From Octopus sinensis (lineage: Eukaryota): a stretch of 64,000 nt of DNA. Shown in pieces: positions 39,890 to 52,940 of this stretch. The notes beneath the pieces were generated by a model, which was not told the DNA's origin, made no database searches, and worked only from the letters and a program-made list of their open reading frames with translations. The first letter of the stretch is position 1; each line of letters begins with the position of its first letter. The stretch is from contig NC_043001.1 of the NCBI RefSeq assembly GCF_006345805.1, positions 55,366,001-55,430,000 of the forward strand, given 5' to 3'. The position numbers and the translations under genes are program-made.

Positions 39890-41537
39890 ATATTTTCATG
39901 TATACATCTGAAAAAAGAAATGGAATTGAATCATTCTTTATAACTGTCTCTAATTTAGGCCAAGGCTAATAATTTGGAGTTGCGTCTTTCATAACCATTT
40001 AACAAAATCTCTGCTTTTTACACTTCCCAAACCAAATATAGTAGTAGTGAAGGCCATATGCCATAGTTTTCAGAAGAGTTTCTCCTTAAATCATATATCC
40101 CTTGTGCCATCCTTACATCAAATTTTCAAGCACTAAAGCCCCACACGCCACAGTTAGAATATCAATATTTCCCTAAAATTCTGTGGACCTTGTGACCCTC
40201 TTATACCAATTATACTAGCAGTGAAGGCCACATGTCAAAGTAGTCAAAACTTTCAAAATCTTTCTCAATTTTATATTCCTTGTATCACTCCCAACACACA
40301 CACACACGCACACACTATATATATACATATACACATGTGTGTGTCTATACATACATACACACACTAAGAGAAGAAGTTACATGTCACAGTAGAAAGATCA
40401 GTATCACCCTAAATTCTATATTCTTTGTGTCTTCTAGACCAAATACATTAATGCCAAAAACATATACCCGCTAAACTATTAACTGAGAGAAATTAATCAG
40501 AAATGTCAGCTGAACCAATTCTTTCATTTTTATTTATTTATTTATTTTCTCTACAGTTTCTTGTGTTTTTAATGGTTTTTAAATTTATATTTATATTCAT
40601 TTGTAACATTCATTTATTTACTTCATTTAGATGTCTCTCAGCAGTTTTCAATAACATTGTATAGTATTTCATGTTGAGGAAATTCTAACCAACCAACAGA
40701 AATGCAGTTTCTATTTTTCACGAGGTCATGTATGCTATACATCACTTATTTTTCAAATATAATGGCGTGAAATAAATGAAAGAATAATTTGACATTTCCT
40801 CTATGAGATCTTATGTTATTTCCTCATAACAGTATCTTTTACATACAACATTCTCCAATTCGTTATATAGCATTTCAGTCTTTCATCTAATCCATTTGTG
40901 CTTACAAAATCTCAGGAAATTTTTTGACAACTAAAGTACTTTGAAGCTTCTGAAATTTTGAGGTTTCTCTTTATAATTTTCCAGCATTGTCATATAACCA
41001 TATAGATAGGTGATATTTGCTTTCGTTAGTTATATGCTTCAAACAGGTTTTTTTTTTGGTTTTTTAGCTGTTTGGTTATTTGTAACTCTTTCATATTTCT
41101 TTATCAGTTGGTTTTGTTTTTGCTCTCTTTACGACCATTATATTGAAAAAAAAAAAAGATAATTTAGAATAAATTATAATCCACTATGAATGTGAGTGCA
41201 ATTTAATTTTGTGTTTATGAATATGTCTGCCTGCAGTAGTATGTGTGTGCAGGTTTTTATAAGTTTGTGTTTTCAAGTATTTCAAAGCATCTGAGTGTGT
41301 CTAATTGTTCATCTGTGTATTTGAGTACATACTGAGAGTTTGTGTGCTTCACTATTTGTGTGTGTGTGTTAAAACCTGTAGGTGTGAGCAAATAAAAAAG
41401 AAAAAAAAGTGTGTGTATGAGTGTGTCAATATGTGTGTAAGGAAGATGGTGAGTGAGAAATATCTGAAGATGGTGTACCAAACTAATGTGTACACATAAA
41501 AGAAAAAGAGTGACATATTGAGGGGAAGGGCAATGTA

Positions 41538-41538
<1 letters not shown>

Positions 41539-41589
<51 letters not shown>

Positions 41590-41590
41590 T
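41539..41590. repeat. (AAT)n microsatellite
   Basis: Directly visible; a (CAT)n tract also lies at 3325-3363. Confidence 0.95.
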
Positions 41591-42474
41591 ATAATGACAA
41601 TGATAGAAAGAATGAAAAATATAAAGAATGAGTACCCCCATCCTTCAGCAAGAATTCTGAAGCTTCTCTAAGAAATTTGATTTCTGACAAATGAATGTGT
41701 CATAACCAAAGAAAAATATTCTGACATCAGACAGACATGCACAGCTAAGTAAGATGAATCTGTTGATGGGAAATTATGTAACACACCATATTGTCAAGGA
41801 ATTAATTAATTCTGTAAGAGATATTGTTTCTTATTTTCCATTAAAAGAATTTTAGGGCTATAAACCCTAGAGAGAACAATATAGATCTAACGTTAAAAAA
41901 AAAGTATTTCAACACAGTAAGTCTCATTAACTTTCAGTTTGGTTTAAACCTAAAGCTGTATATTAGGTAATTAGTGCTTGAGAAGAAAATTAAAACAATA
42001 AAAAACGCAACACACACTAGAGTGTATGAATAAACTTATGGACATTTATACACTGACATATTTAAAACAGTGCCTTCATCTTGGTGTTTATAGCCACAAG
42101 ACTTTAGCTGTTGAATTTCTGAGCCTTGTTTAGGTGCCTGATATATTTGGTAACACTCTAACAATATTGATTTCAATCCGGTACTGAAACCATAATAGTA
42201 AATTCTTCCCATTTCATTATTTGTGAATGAGAACAGTCTACTTTTATGGACTGAATAAGGGTCAGTTCAGAAAACAAGAACATTACCAAATATGTCAAGT
42301 ACCTGAAGATGATCAGAGAGGTCTATGGCTGAAATGTGATCATAATAAACTTGAAAACATCAGCAATAATACTAATAATTCCTACTCCCAGAAATTCAGA
42401 CAATACTGCTATGGTTTTATTGGTGGTGCTTTCATTGGCTATGAGGAATGTTTGAAGGATCTACAAAGCACTAG

Positions 42475-42997
42475 TACGAACGATTCTCATTTACGGCAGC
42501 GAGTCATGGCCGATAAGGGTGGAAGATATTAAGCGACTAGAATCCTTCGATCACCTCTGTCTACGCCGCATCCTTTGTGTCCGATGGTATCACTTTGTCT
42601 CCAACAATTTGGTGCAACACCAGTGCAAAATCACCTCCCTCCGACAAGTCATCTTAACGAGACGTCTGCATTGGCTGGGTCATGCCCTCCATCGTCAACC
42701 AGGAGAATTCATCTACAAAGCAGTTGCCTCAGCTCACCTTCAAGGTTGGTGAAAGCAATGTGGTGGACAATGAAAAACCTGGCTGATGACAGTCAAGGCT
42801 GATCTGAAATCCAACCCAACCTAGGCCCCCGTGTCTATGGCGTTCGCCACTGGAATAAGGAGTGGTTGGAGATCACGCGGTCGTTAGCCTTAAATCGCCA
42901 GGCCTGGTCGGCGTTTGTGAGAGATGCAGCATTGAGGATGAATGAAGCTGGCTCAACCCACCCCGGGTGAATGCTGTCTCAAGTCAAGTCAAGTCAA
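42475..42997 (+). mobile_element. RTE-clade LINE 3' fragment with (CAAGT)n tail
   Basis: LESFDHLCLRRIL..RRLHWLGHALHR..GGQ*KTW; ends TCAAGTCAAGTCAAGTCAA; locally GC-rich. Confidence 0.85.
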
Positions 42998-44054
42998 AGT
43001 ATTCATTAGCTGACTTAACACTACCACTTGGCCTTTTGTAAAGTCCACTTTTGTGAAAACATGCAGGACAGGCCTCCAATTTGGATAATACTTTTCTCCT
43101 TCCCTCCCACCAATGTCAGAGGCCCTGTAAAGGGTCACAGGCACTATCCTTCCCTCTTGTTAATTTATATCAGACATTATAACCATCAATTTGAAACAGT
43201 AAGATGAAACAGGTTCACATACAGGATCTGAACCATCTATCATTTTATTACATGTTACTGAATACAACACAGAGCATTATCTGCTACTCAATCATCCAAA
43301 AATTACTGTTCAATAAATTATTTCTATTTTTTTAATTACCTTCACTATGTTGAATATTAATAGAATAATTTATCTTACAAACACTAAGTAGCTGGTAAAT
43401 TTTGTTTCAATTATGATTTATATTTTGGCAAATACAGGAAACAACTCTGGACATGTTTCAATCATGTAAAGCACAGACTTCACCATGCTTGTCAAAGTAG
43501 TGACAAGGGAATCATTAAGTACATATACAATATACAAAGTGGGTGTTAACATACTTCATCTAGAGAACCAATCAATTTTAATGAATCAAAATCATACATT
43601 TGGAGAGGAGAACCAATTATCAATGCTGATCAAGAAAAGGAAGGGTAAGAACCCTGGAACTCAAAATGATGAAAATTAATCAAAATCAGTATGAAATGGG
43701 TTTGAAAGTTGGTAGAATGGGGATTAGTACAGATAAGTTCTGATATTTTTAAGATTTCATAAACAAAACGAAGTCTATTCATTACTGCAGATATTAAATT
43801 ACTAAAGCAATATAAAGGATTTTTGAGTTTGAAAACTGAAAGGATTATATTAGTAGGGCTGAAAATTAACTTCATTAATAAAAATAAGCCACTCAGACTA
43901 ATTATCCAGGTTTAACAACTGCAGTAACATGTTACTGGAACTTCCCAGTGATTCCACCTATTTCTGGGTACACGGCATACTATGCAATTACAGGGAAATG
44001 TTTTTTTTTTAAATTTTTACAATGTTTCATAGTTAAACTTTAATATTTAGCACT

Positions 44055-44265
44055 AAGGTAGCGAGCTGGCAAAATTGTTAGCATTCCAGGTGAAATGTTT
44101 AATGGCATTTTGTCCACCTTGTTCTGAGTTCAAATTATGTCAAGGCCCACTTTGCCATTCATCCTTTTGAGGTCAATAAAATAAGTACCAGTTGAGTACT
44201 GGGGTTGATATAATTGATTTAGATTCTCCTCTGAATTTGTTGGCCTTGTACCAAAATTTGAAATC
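44055..44265 (+). mobile_element. SINE family B with a Nin/Deu-domain-like core (others near 7590, 14910, 15370, 25050, 25320, 34930, 35635)
   Basis: GCGAGCTGGCA...GAGTTCAAAT B-box, then TTTGCCTTTCATCCTTT..GGTCRATAAAATAAGTACC core; domain name assigned from recall only. Confidence 0.75.
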
Positions 44266-44269
44266 ATTA

Positions 44270-44497
44270 TTTAGCACTCATGTAACTTTTAATCCAGCCA
44301 TATCTGGCCCAAATATTCTACCTGTCTTATGTTAAAACTGACCAAATCCAACTTCTCACACTTACCCTACAATGTCATGCTAAAAATATACTAACACACC
44401 GTTCAAATCTTGAAGCTACAAGATAATGTGTGATTAATTCAAAACACTGAGAATAAATAAGGAATACATTTGACACAGAAATATGAATGCCGAAGGG
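44270..44497 (+). mobile_element. piggyBac-like MITE copy (left end decayed)
   Basis: Interior similar to 33937-34155; ends GAATGCCGAAGGG|TTAA. Confidence 0.7.
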
Positions 44498-45029
44498 TTA
44501 AATATCTTTGAAACCATGTCAAAGATACAGAATAAAAATATTTTCTCAAATTATGAAAATGTATCACCAATGGTTGTGTGAAATTTACAATGAACCACCA
44601 GTGGTACATGTGGCAAGTAATCACCAACCTAACAATAGTTAATTTGGTGATAATATATTTAAGGCAATGAGCATTAAAAATCTAATTAGAAATACTTCTG
44701 CAATGAGAGGTCAACATCTAACATAAATCATCACATTTGAAATTAAGAGGTGATTAACAAGATAGAATTATAACTGAAAAATGATACACCTGTGCAATTA
44801 ATTGTTAAACCTACACATATTCTTCTAGAGTAATGATCCCGAATACTTTCTCATTATACATTTAAAGGAATCTATAGAACATATATGTAGAACTTTTAAT
44901 TATAACAACAGACTGGTCTATGGGTTGGAAGAACTGGTAGCATGTAAGACAAAGTGAATGCATTGCAGAGGCTGACTTTGCATTTAATCCTTCTGACATC
45001 AGTGAAATAAGTACAAGTAGCTATCAGGC

Positions 45030-45092
<63 letters not shown>

Positions 45093-46144
45093 TACATATA
45101 TATATATACATATATTTATATATACCGTTGCTATCGAGCTCACTTACATTCCATCACTAAGACAAAATACAAATTTTCAACCTCATTTGCAATATAAATA
45201 CATAATCTTAAGTTACAAAATATACAATATACACAAGCTTGGTCTATAATAAGAGAAGATCCCCCTTACAATATAAGGATAGGTAAGTGCAGACTATGCA
45301 TGAAAGAATCACTAATTATTCTCCGTCTTCATAATTCCTCAAAATTAAATGAATTTTCTGATACCATCTACTCTTGTAATCATAGATTTTACTCAACCTT
45401 TTTGCATTTTGATGATTCAGGACAGAGTTGAGAACCAGTTTCCACACCTGTTGAATTTTATTTTAAATACTTAAACCGCACTCCCCTCCTCTTACCACCT
45501 ACCTATAGAACCATCAGTAACTTTATTTGACCACACACTGTATCTCCTCTTCCCAGTACTTTTTCTAAAACACTTCTACTTCATGTCCTCATGTATATAG
45601 TTCTCTATAAGATCACTCAGTAGTTAACTCTCATCATGAAAATGCAGTAAACGTGAATCTCTCTAGTACTTTACTTTTCCCTGAAGAAGGAGTGGTGTCC
45701 AATAATGGATATAAATATCCTTTATTTGACTGGACAACTAAACCTCCAGAAACAGCCATCAGATTATTAATACTCAAACTTTTTAGGTTTTACTTTTTTC
45801 TGGACTCTTAACTTTCTATCTAGTTCTATGGTATCATTTTTATTCTGTAAGTTGATCTATATATGTATTTATATTTTCAATATATTCTTAATGTATTTAT
45901 ATATTTATGTATTCATATATTTTAATGTATTAATAAATCTATATATTTTTATTATATTTATATATCTATATATTTTTAATATGTTTGATGTATTAAACAT
46001 ATTTTTTAAAATTTATGAATATTGGGTCTATTATTAAATATGTGTATTATTATATGTGAACTGATTTGCCTAACTTGACTCTCATTTCCATATTCATCTA
46101 ATGCCTCAAGTTCAAATATCTTGAGCACTTCTAAGTGCAGTCTA

Positions 46145-46830
46145 TACATTGGTAACAAAGGGCCTCTCACTCAGAGTGAAAGGTAAACTGTATGATGCAT
46201 GTGTGCGGACAGCCATGCTAAACAGCAGTGAAATATGGGCTGTGACTGCTGAAGACATGCATAGACTTGAAAGAAATGAAGCTAGTATGCTCTGCTGGAT
46301 GTTTAATGTCAGTGTGCACACATGACAGAGTGTAAGTGCCCTAAGAGAAAAGTTGAACATAAGAAGCATTAGATGTAGTGTGCAAGAGAGACTACTGCAC
46401 TGGTATGATCATGTGTTGTGAAGAAGTATCACAGTGGAGGGAACCTGTGGAAGAGGTAGACCCAGGAAGACATGGGATGAGGTGATGTAAAACGAACTTT
46501 GAACATTGGGCCTCACAGAAACAATGACAAATCACCGAGACCTTTGGAGATATGCTGTGCTTGAGAAAACCCAGCAAGCCAAATGAGATGCCGGTGGCAT
46601 ACAAAAAGCACCATCAGAGCGTGGTTGATGCCAATGGTGCCTGACAGGCTCTCATGCTGATAGCACGGAAAAAGCACCCACTACACTCTTGGAGTGGTTG
46701 GCTTTAGGAAGGGCATCTAGGTGTAGAAACCTTGCCAGAGCAGAATGGAGCCTGGTGCAGCCTCCTGGCTTGCCAGTCCTCAGTCAAACCATCCAACCTA
46801 TGCCAGCATCGAAAGCGGATGATGATGTTT
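46145..46830 (+). mobile_element. RTE-clade LINE 3' end (ORF C-terminus, 3' UTR, (GAT)n tail)
   Basis: GLSLRVKGKLYDACVRTAMLNSSEIWAV..LHWYDHV..GRGRPRKTW..RDLWRYAV, followed by the AGGAAGGGCATC...CATGCCAGCAT...GATGATG tail seen many times in the window. Confidence 0.85.
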
Positions 46831-47213
46831 TGCACCTGTGTGCTCAATTGTGTGTATGTGTATGTGTGTGTGTGTATATATATATATATATACACACACA
46901 CATCTATCTACATGCATATATATTAAATACATATGCACCACATCTATCTACATGCATATACATTATATACACAAACATACATATATCCATGCGTATTATA
47001 TTTTCATACAGAATATAAATGCATGTTACCGTATATGTATATACTGCAATTATATTTCTACATTACAAATATATATACATTTGTTTATACATTATAGTAT
47101 TTTTTATTACATCCACTGCCACAGGAGATCCCATCCAACTCATCCCTGTGTGGAAAAGAAGACATATAAATAATGATACATGTGTAAATAAACATATCAT
47201 ATGCACACAGACA

Positions 47214-47260
<47 letters not shown>

Positions 47261-47462
47261 GCGTGTGTGTATAAATAAATATATACACACACACACATAT
47301 ATATATACATATAGCTATATATATATATACACACACATACTTATAAGTGTTCATAAATATATCATGCTTGAACTATGTATGTAACACATATCTATTTATA
47401 TGCCTGTGTGTATTACATATTACACACATATCTGTAAAATACTATATCCGAGAAATACTTAC

Positions 47463-47590
47463 CATGCACAGTGAGTTTTGCGACAGCTTCTGATACACCT
47501 ACTGAATTTTCCACCTGGCATATGTACAAGCCATCATCACTAACTTCTGCTTCTTCAATCAGCAAATTACCATTATCCAGTAGATGAAAT
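47463..47590 (-). CDS. robo: Robo exon, Ig3 C-terminal half (128 nt, phase 2 to 1)
   Basis: ttattacag|ATTTCAT...CATG|gtaagt; FHLLDNGNLLIEEAEVSDDGLYICQVENSVGVSEAVAKLTVH with the DxGxYxC motif. Confidence 0.95.
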
Positions 47591-47803
47591 CTGTAATAAA
47601 TACACAACACATACAACTAATTAGAAATTGTGTATTTCTATGTGTTTGCATGTGATCATACGTGCACACATACATACTACTTACATGTAATTACATAACA
47701 GCAAATGTTCGTTATCAATACAGACATCTATAAATACATACTCAAACACACTCACACATACACACACACACACAAATGTATGTGTATTTATGTGAACATG
47801 TAG

Positions 47804-47840
<37 letters not shown>

Positions 47841-49127
47841 TGTATGTATGTATAGTCATATATTCATCACACACACACAAATTAACCTATTTAGAAACAT
47901 ATACACTCCTTCATGCACACACACACACACACACATATAAGTGTGTACATAGGTAATGCATACTCAGTAACAAAACACATATACATCACAGCATGTATCT
48001 CAATTAGGTTCAGCAAGGTATTTCTCACAAAAGTGCTCAATGAAAGTTCATACGAATTATGAATTTTTTCTGAGGCTACGATATCAAGATTGCATGTGTG
48101 CAAGCATGGCTGTGCAGTTCAGAAGTTTCCTTTATAATCACATGGTTATGTGTTCAGTCCCACTGCACAGCATCTTTCATATCTTCTACTATAGCCTAGG
48201 GCTAATGAATGCCTTGAGAGTGAATTTAGCAAAGCAGAACCTGCAAGAAATTTGTTTATGTATGTGCGTGCGCGCATGCAAGTTTGTGTGTGTATCTATG
48301 AATTTTTACGTTTCTTTGTTTGTCATCATTGGAGTGAAACAGTGATGATGGTTACATTCCTTTTTGTCATTACAACTGGGAACTCTGAGGTTTCTAAAGA
48401 CCTGTGGAATAAAAAATTCCCCTTACTTGTAAAAAAAAAAAACAATAAGTGTTGGCAACAAAAACACAATCTGGTCAAAAAAATCTTACTTTTAATAAAT
48501 CCCCATCCGAGCCATATTAGCATGGAAAAACATGTTGAATCAATACACACACACACACATACACGTATATATGTACACACACATGTATTCTCCTCCTCAA
48601 TGAAGCACCTTTTTTCTCCCTCTATAATAATTTCACCTCTTTCAATATTATACACCACTTAGATGAAGAGTGTTGTTTTGCAAGTACTCAGTGACATCAC
48701 TAGTGCTGGTGCCACAAAATGTAAAGCACCCCACACACTCAATAAAGCAATTGGCATTAAGAAGAGCATCCAGCTATAGACATCATGCCAAAGCAGACAG
48801 TAGAGCTTAGCATAGTCCTATGGCATACCAGTTCTTGTTGTATAGTCCAGCTCAGGCCAGCATGCAAAAAGGGACAATAAATGATGATGATGATGATACA
48901 TTTATGAAGAATGAATACAATTATGCAACTGTTCCAATATATAAGTATCTTTTCAAAGATACAAATCGTAATTATACAATTGTAAGTTATTTCATCAGTA
49001 ACAAATGAATATATACTTTGCATTATGTACTGTGTCCATTTTTTTTTTTTTAAGATGTAGTGTTCTTGATCTTCATCTGAGAAAGAAAGAATGGAAGGAA
49101 GCCAACCAACCAAACTACCTCAAAAAT

Positions 49128-49409
49128 AGACAAATGAATTTTACAGTATATCTACAAATGTTTCATGAAGAAATTTTATTTTGATGTAACATCATACAAA
49201 CAGGCATGTATAGACAAGCAACGTCCATAAGATTATACAAATCATTACACAGAATCTCTCAAATCTTCTGCTATACAATAATTAAAACAAGCAAATGCAG
49301 CATAATCTTATGGATATTGCACGTCAATACATGTCTACTTGTATGATGTAATGTGACAGTAACATTTCTTAATGAAATATTTGTAGATATACCATAAAAT
49401 CTGTTTGTT
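49128..49409. repeat. Long imperfect inverted repeat (foldback MITE-like)
   Basis: GTATATCTACAAATGTTTCAT...ACATCATACAA...TCCATAAGATTAT mirrored by ATAATCTTATGGA...TTGTATGATGT...ATGAAATATTTGTAGATATAC; about 65-nt spacer. Confidence 0.8.
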
Positions 49410-49593
49410 TAATTATTATATCACACCACACTTAAAGTTCCAATTAACATTGGTTACACTTAGATTTACAGGATACCAAATAACTGTGGATTTTGTTAAC
49501 TGAATGAATTATCTACTGAATTGTGTCGTAGTGTCTAGCCATAATAAGAAGTGTGCTTCATTTTGATCTGCCTTGATCTATTCAACATATGCT

Positions 49594-49632
<39 letters not shown>

Positions 49633-50067
49633 CATATACATAGGGCTGTGTGGTAAGAAACTTGATTCCCAACCACATGGCTTTGGGTTCCGTTCTATTG
49701 CATGACACCTTAGGCAAGTGTCTTCTACTATAGCCTTGGATTGGCCAAAGCCTCATGAGTGGATTTGGGCAGAAACTGAAAAAAAGCCCTTCGCGTATGT
49801 ATGTATGCATCTTTATGTTTGTGTATGTCCCCCACCGCTGCTTGATAACCAGTGTTGTTGTGTTTACATCCCCATAACTTAGCAGTTCAGCAAAAGAGGC
49901 CAACAGAATAAGTACCAGACTTAAAAAAAAGGAATAAGAACTGGGGTTTTTCATCAGCATGGTTGCAGTCTAATGACTTAAATAAGTTATACTTAGTGAT
50001 GGTCATTATTGGCAATTAAACACATATACCATATATTTGATCTTCATTTCAGAATTATTATTATTAT

Positions 50068-50396
50068 TACCTCCACCTTCGCTAAGGCGAAGGTATTGTT
50101 TCCAGTCATGTTTGTTAGTTTGTCTGTGGGCAAGATATCTCAAGAACCACTGGATGGATTCAGATAAAACTTTCATGATTGACATGAATTGATTAGATTT
50201 TGGGATCAATCCAGTACAGGACAAGGATTTTCGATTATTTTTCTTTTACTTAATTTTTGAGAGTGGTCGGGTTCATTTTTAGTATTCATGTTTGTGAGAG
50301 CAGTTGAGTTTATTTTAGATATTCTCATTTTAAAAATCATCTCCGGCTAATCGTTGAGAGGATGGTGGTGTTGCTTTGGCAAAGGTTTGTGCTCTT
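50068..50396 (+). mobile_element. Helitron/Helentron-associated-like non-autonomous element
   Basis: 5' TTACCTCCACCTTCGCTAAGGCGAAGGTATTGTTTT hairpin, GTTT/GTCT microsatellite, 3' CTTTGGCAAAGGTTTGTGCTCT subterminal inverted copy. Confidence 0.4.
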
Positions 50397-50413
50397 ATTA
50401 TTATTATTATTAT

Positions 50414-50945
50414 TGAGGGAGAGAGCAGTGCATGACATCAAAGTGACACTGGGGTAAAATATACAAAGCCCAATATGCCTATCATGACTATCTGTTTGAT
50501 AAGGGTACGCTAGGCACATGCATCACAACCATATGTGCAAGACATGATGATCTCATGTCAAGATAAACAGCACATGACCTTGCAGAATTTTCTTCAGGCT
50601 GAGTAACCCATCCAGCTCAAAAGGCCCCTGAATAAGGGTTGTTTAAGGATGTTGAATGAAACACTCATGTTTCCAGAAGTGAATTAACCAAACTCCAAGG
50701 AATTCCTCTCAACACATGGCTATAATGTTTCCCCACTACTTCTGCTCATGATCAGAGGTGCACATATTATCAGCCACTAAAGGACATGCTCAACTGGGTA
50801 TGGTCAAACAACTGACAAGCAAATCTGTGGTATTGAGTAGAATATTTGCTGTAGCCCATCTTTTATACCAAGACAAAACAATATACATAACACTTCCAGC
50901 CAGCTAAGATCAGAAGCCATGAAAGCTACTGTCTGGTACTGATCA
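50414..50945 (+). repeat. Dispersed repeat inserted in a (TTA)n tract; reverse copy at about 15945-16420, fragments at 16940-17055 and 23010-23180
   Basis: Shared CCCACTACTTCTGCTCATGATCAGAG...GACAAGCAAATCTGTGGTATTGAG block; TTA repeats at both ends. Confidence 0.75.
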
Positions 50946-51220
50946 TTATTATTATTTGAGTTTCTTCATCAAATTTTTGTCGTCACACATCCTGTGACCT
51001 CTTCAGCAACTCTCTGCCCATGTGTCTCCTTTTGTTCTGTTTATTCCATTTTGTCTTTCTGTGGTGTGTATTCCTATCTATTTGGCAATATATGTCCATC
51101 CCCAAATATAACAATATCTGCATCAACACATAATTTCACATCAAGAGTCTTGCAAAGCAAATACATGAATGCGTGTGTATCTATCTATCTATATGTATAT
51201 CTATCTATATGTATATATAA

Positions 51221-51270
<50 letters not shown>

Positions 51271-51749
51271 GTGTGAGCTGTCTGCTAATGTATATATATC
51301 TGAAGGAGAAGTAAATATAACAGTAGAGTTTATTCATTTAATGATAATGGTTTGTTCCAATGCTACTTCTGAGTTTCTTGGTTTTGTGTGACCATTCAAG
51401 TGTTACAAAGATGATTGAACTATTTGAGATATTTCAAACAGTCGTTCTCTTTCTTATTTCGTATTGGACAGATAATATTAGTGAAGTTGCCAGGGTGGAA
51501 TGCATATCACAGGTCCACAGAGTATTTGTAATGGAGATTGGGTTTCTATAAAAATGGTGAACTTACTTGTCTATAATACAGGGAATTATCAAAAACTATT
51601 GCTAAGAAAATATATTGTTGATCAGAAATATAAGCAGGCATATGTGTATAAACACTTCTCTATATTGTAAGTGATGGAGAACACTGAAGATTTGCAGATG
51701 ATTCTGTATGTGGGATATAGGGTGGGTGAGTGAAGTTAAGTAAGAAGAG

Positions 51750-52940
51750 AGGAACCAACTGCTTTAAAAGTTTCATAAAAGTGTTGATGCTAGTGCAGTA
51801 GTAAAATCCATTCAGAACAATTATGGTCCTAATGTTTCAACCCTTTAGCATTTAACTTGGCCATATCCGACCAAAATATTTTACCCGTTTTACGCTGAAG
51901 CTAGGCAAATTCAGCCTCTTACATCTAACCCACAATGATAATCTAAAAATAAATAAACACATCTTCAAAATCTTGAAGCTACAAGTTAAGAGATGATTAA
52001 TTTTAACAAATGTGAATAAATAAACAACATTTTTGACAAAGTAATCTGAATGTTAAAAGGTTAAGTGAAAAAATGTGTAGAAAGTGGTTTTCTCATTTTG
52101 GAAATGGAGCTTTAAGCTTACAGGACAAGCCAAGTAGTGGACAGCCAAAAGGACTCAATCTGGTGAACTTGATGTGGTTGTTAGAGCAAATCCTTTCATC
52201 ACAACTAGGAGATTTGGTGAATATTTTAATGTTAATTATTCAACGGCCAAACATGAATTTAAAAGGACTGTAAATGGTTGGAAAGCTGGTGTTGCACCTG
52301 TCTGAAGAGAATCACCAACAATGTGTCAATTGATGTGACATAACACTTTCAAAATCCATTTTTAAACAAGGTTGTAACTTGTGACAAAACAGAAAAATGG
52401 ATCCTTTACCATAATGTTAAGTGTAGTGGTCAGTGACTAGTAGTGGAACTGAGCTGTTCAGGAGCCAAAATGATCATGTTGAGTATATGGTGGGATATCC
52501 AAGTATTATCCATTTTGAACTGTTGGTGAATAACTAAATAATCAACACTGATGTGTAATGAAAGCTGCTTTGAAGAAAAAACACCCATATTTAATGCATG
52601 AGAAGGGAATAATCATCCACCATGATGATGCCTGCCCCTGCACTACAAAAGTTACCAAGAACCTGCCAGAAAAATTTAGCTGGGAAAAAAGGCTGCATGC
52701 ATCATAATCTCCCGACCTTGCTCTTTCAGGCTATTGTTTGTTTAGGAGTGTACAAAACCATTTGTGGACTAAGAAGTTGAAGGTGAGTTGGTTTCTTATT
52801 TCTCATCAAAGCAAAGGAATATTACAAACAAGGTATTAGTAAACAAACTGAAAGATGGATTGATGTTATAGTCAGTACTGACTATATTTTCTTCACTGTA
52901 CATGACAAAAACGGAATGAACTTTCATCCCAGCTTGAAAT
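51750..52940 (+). mobile_element. Decayed mariner (DD34D-like) transposon interrupted by a MITE
   Basis: CRKWFSHF..SLQDKPSSGQP, VVTCD..EKWILYHN, HHDDACP, SPDLALSGYCLFRS remnants; terminal AAAACGGAATGAACTTTCATCCCAGC followed by a TA tract. Confidence 0.8.
51841..52060 (+). mobile_element. piggyBac-like MITE copy nested in the mariner relic
   Basis: tcaa|CCCTTTAGCATT...AATGTTAAAAGG|ttaa; interior matches 33937-34155. Confidence 0.75.
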
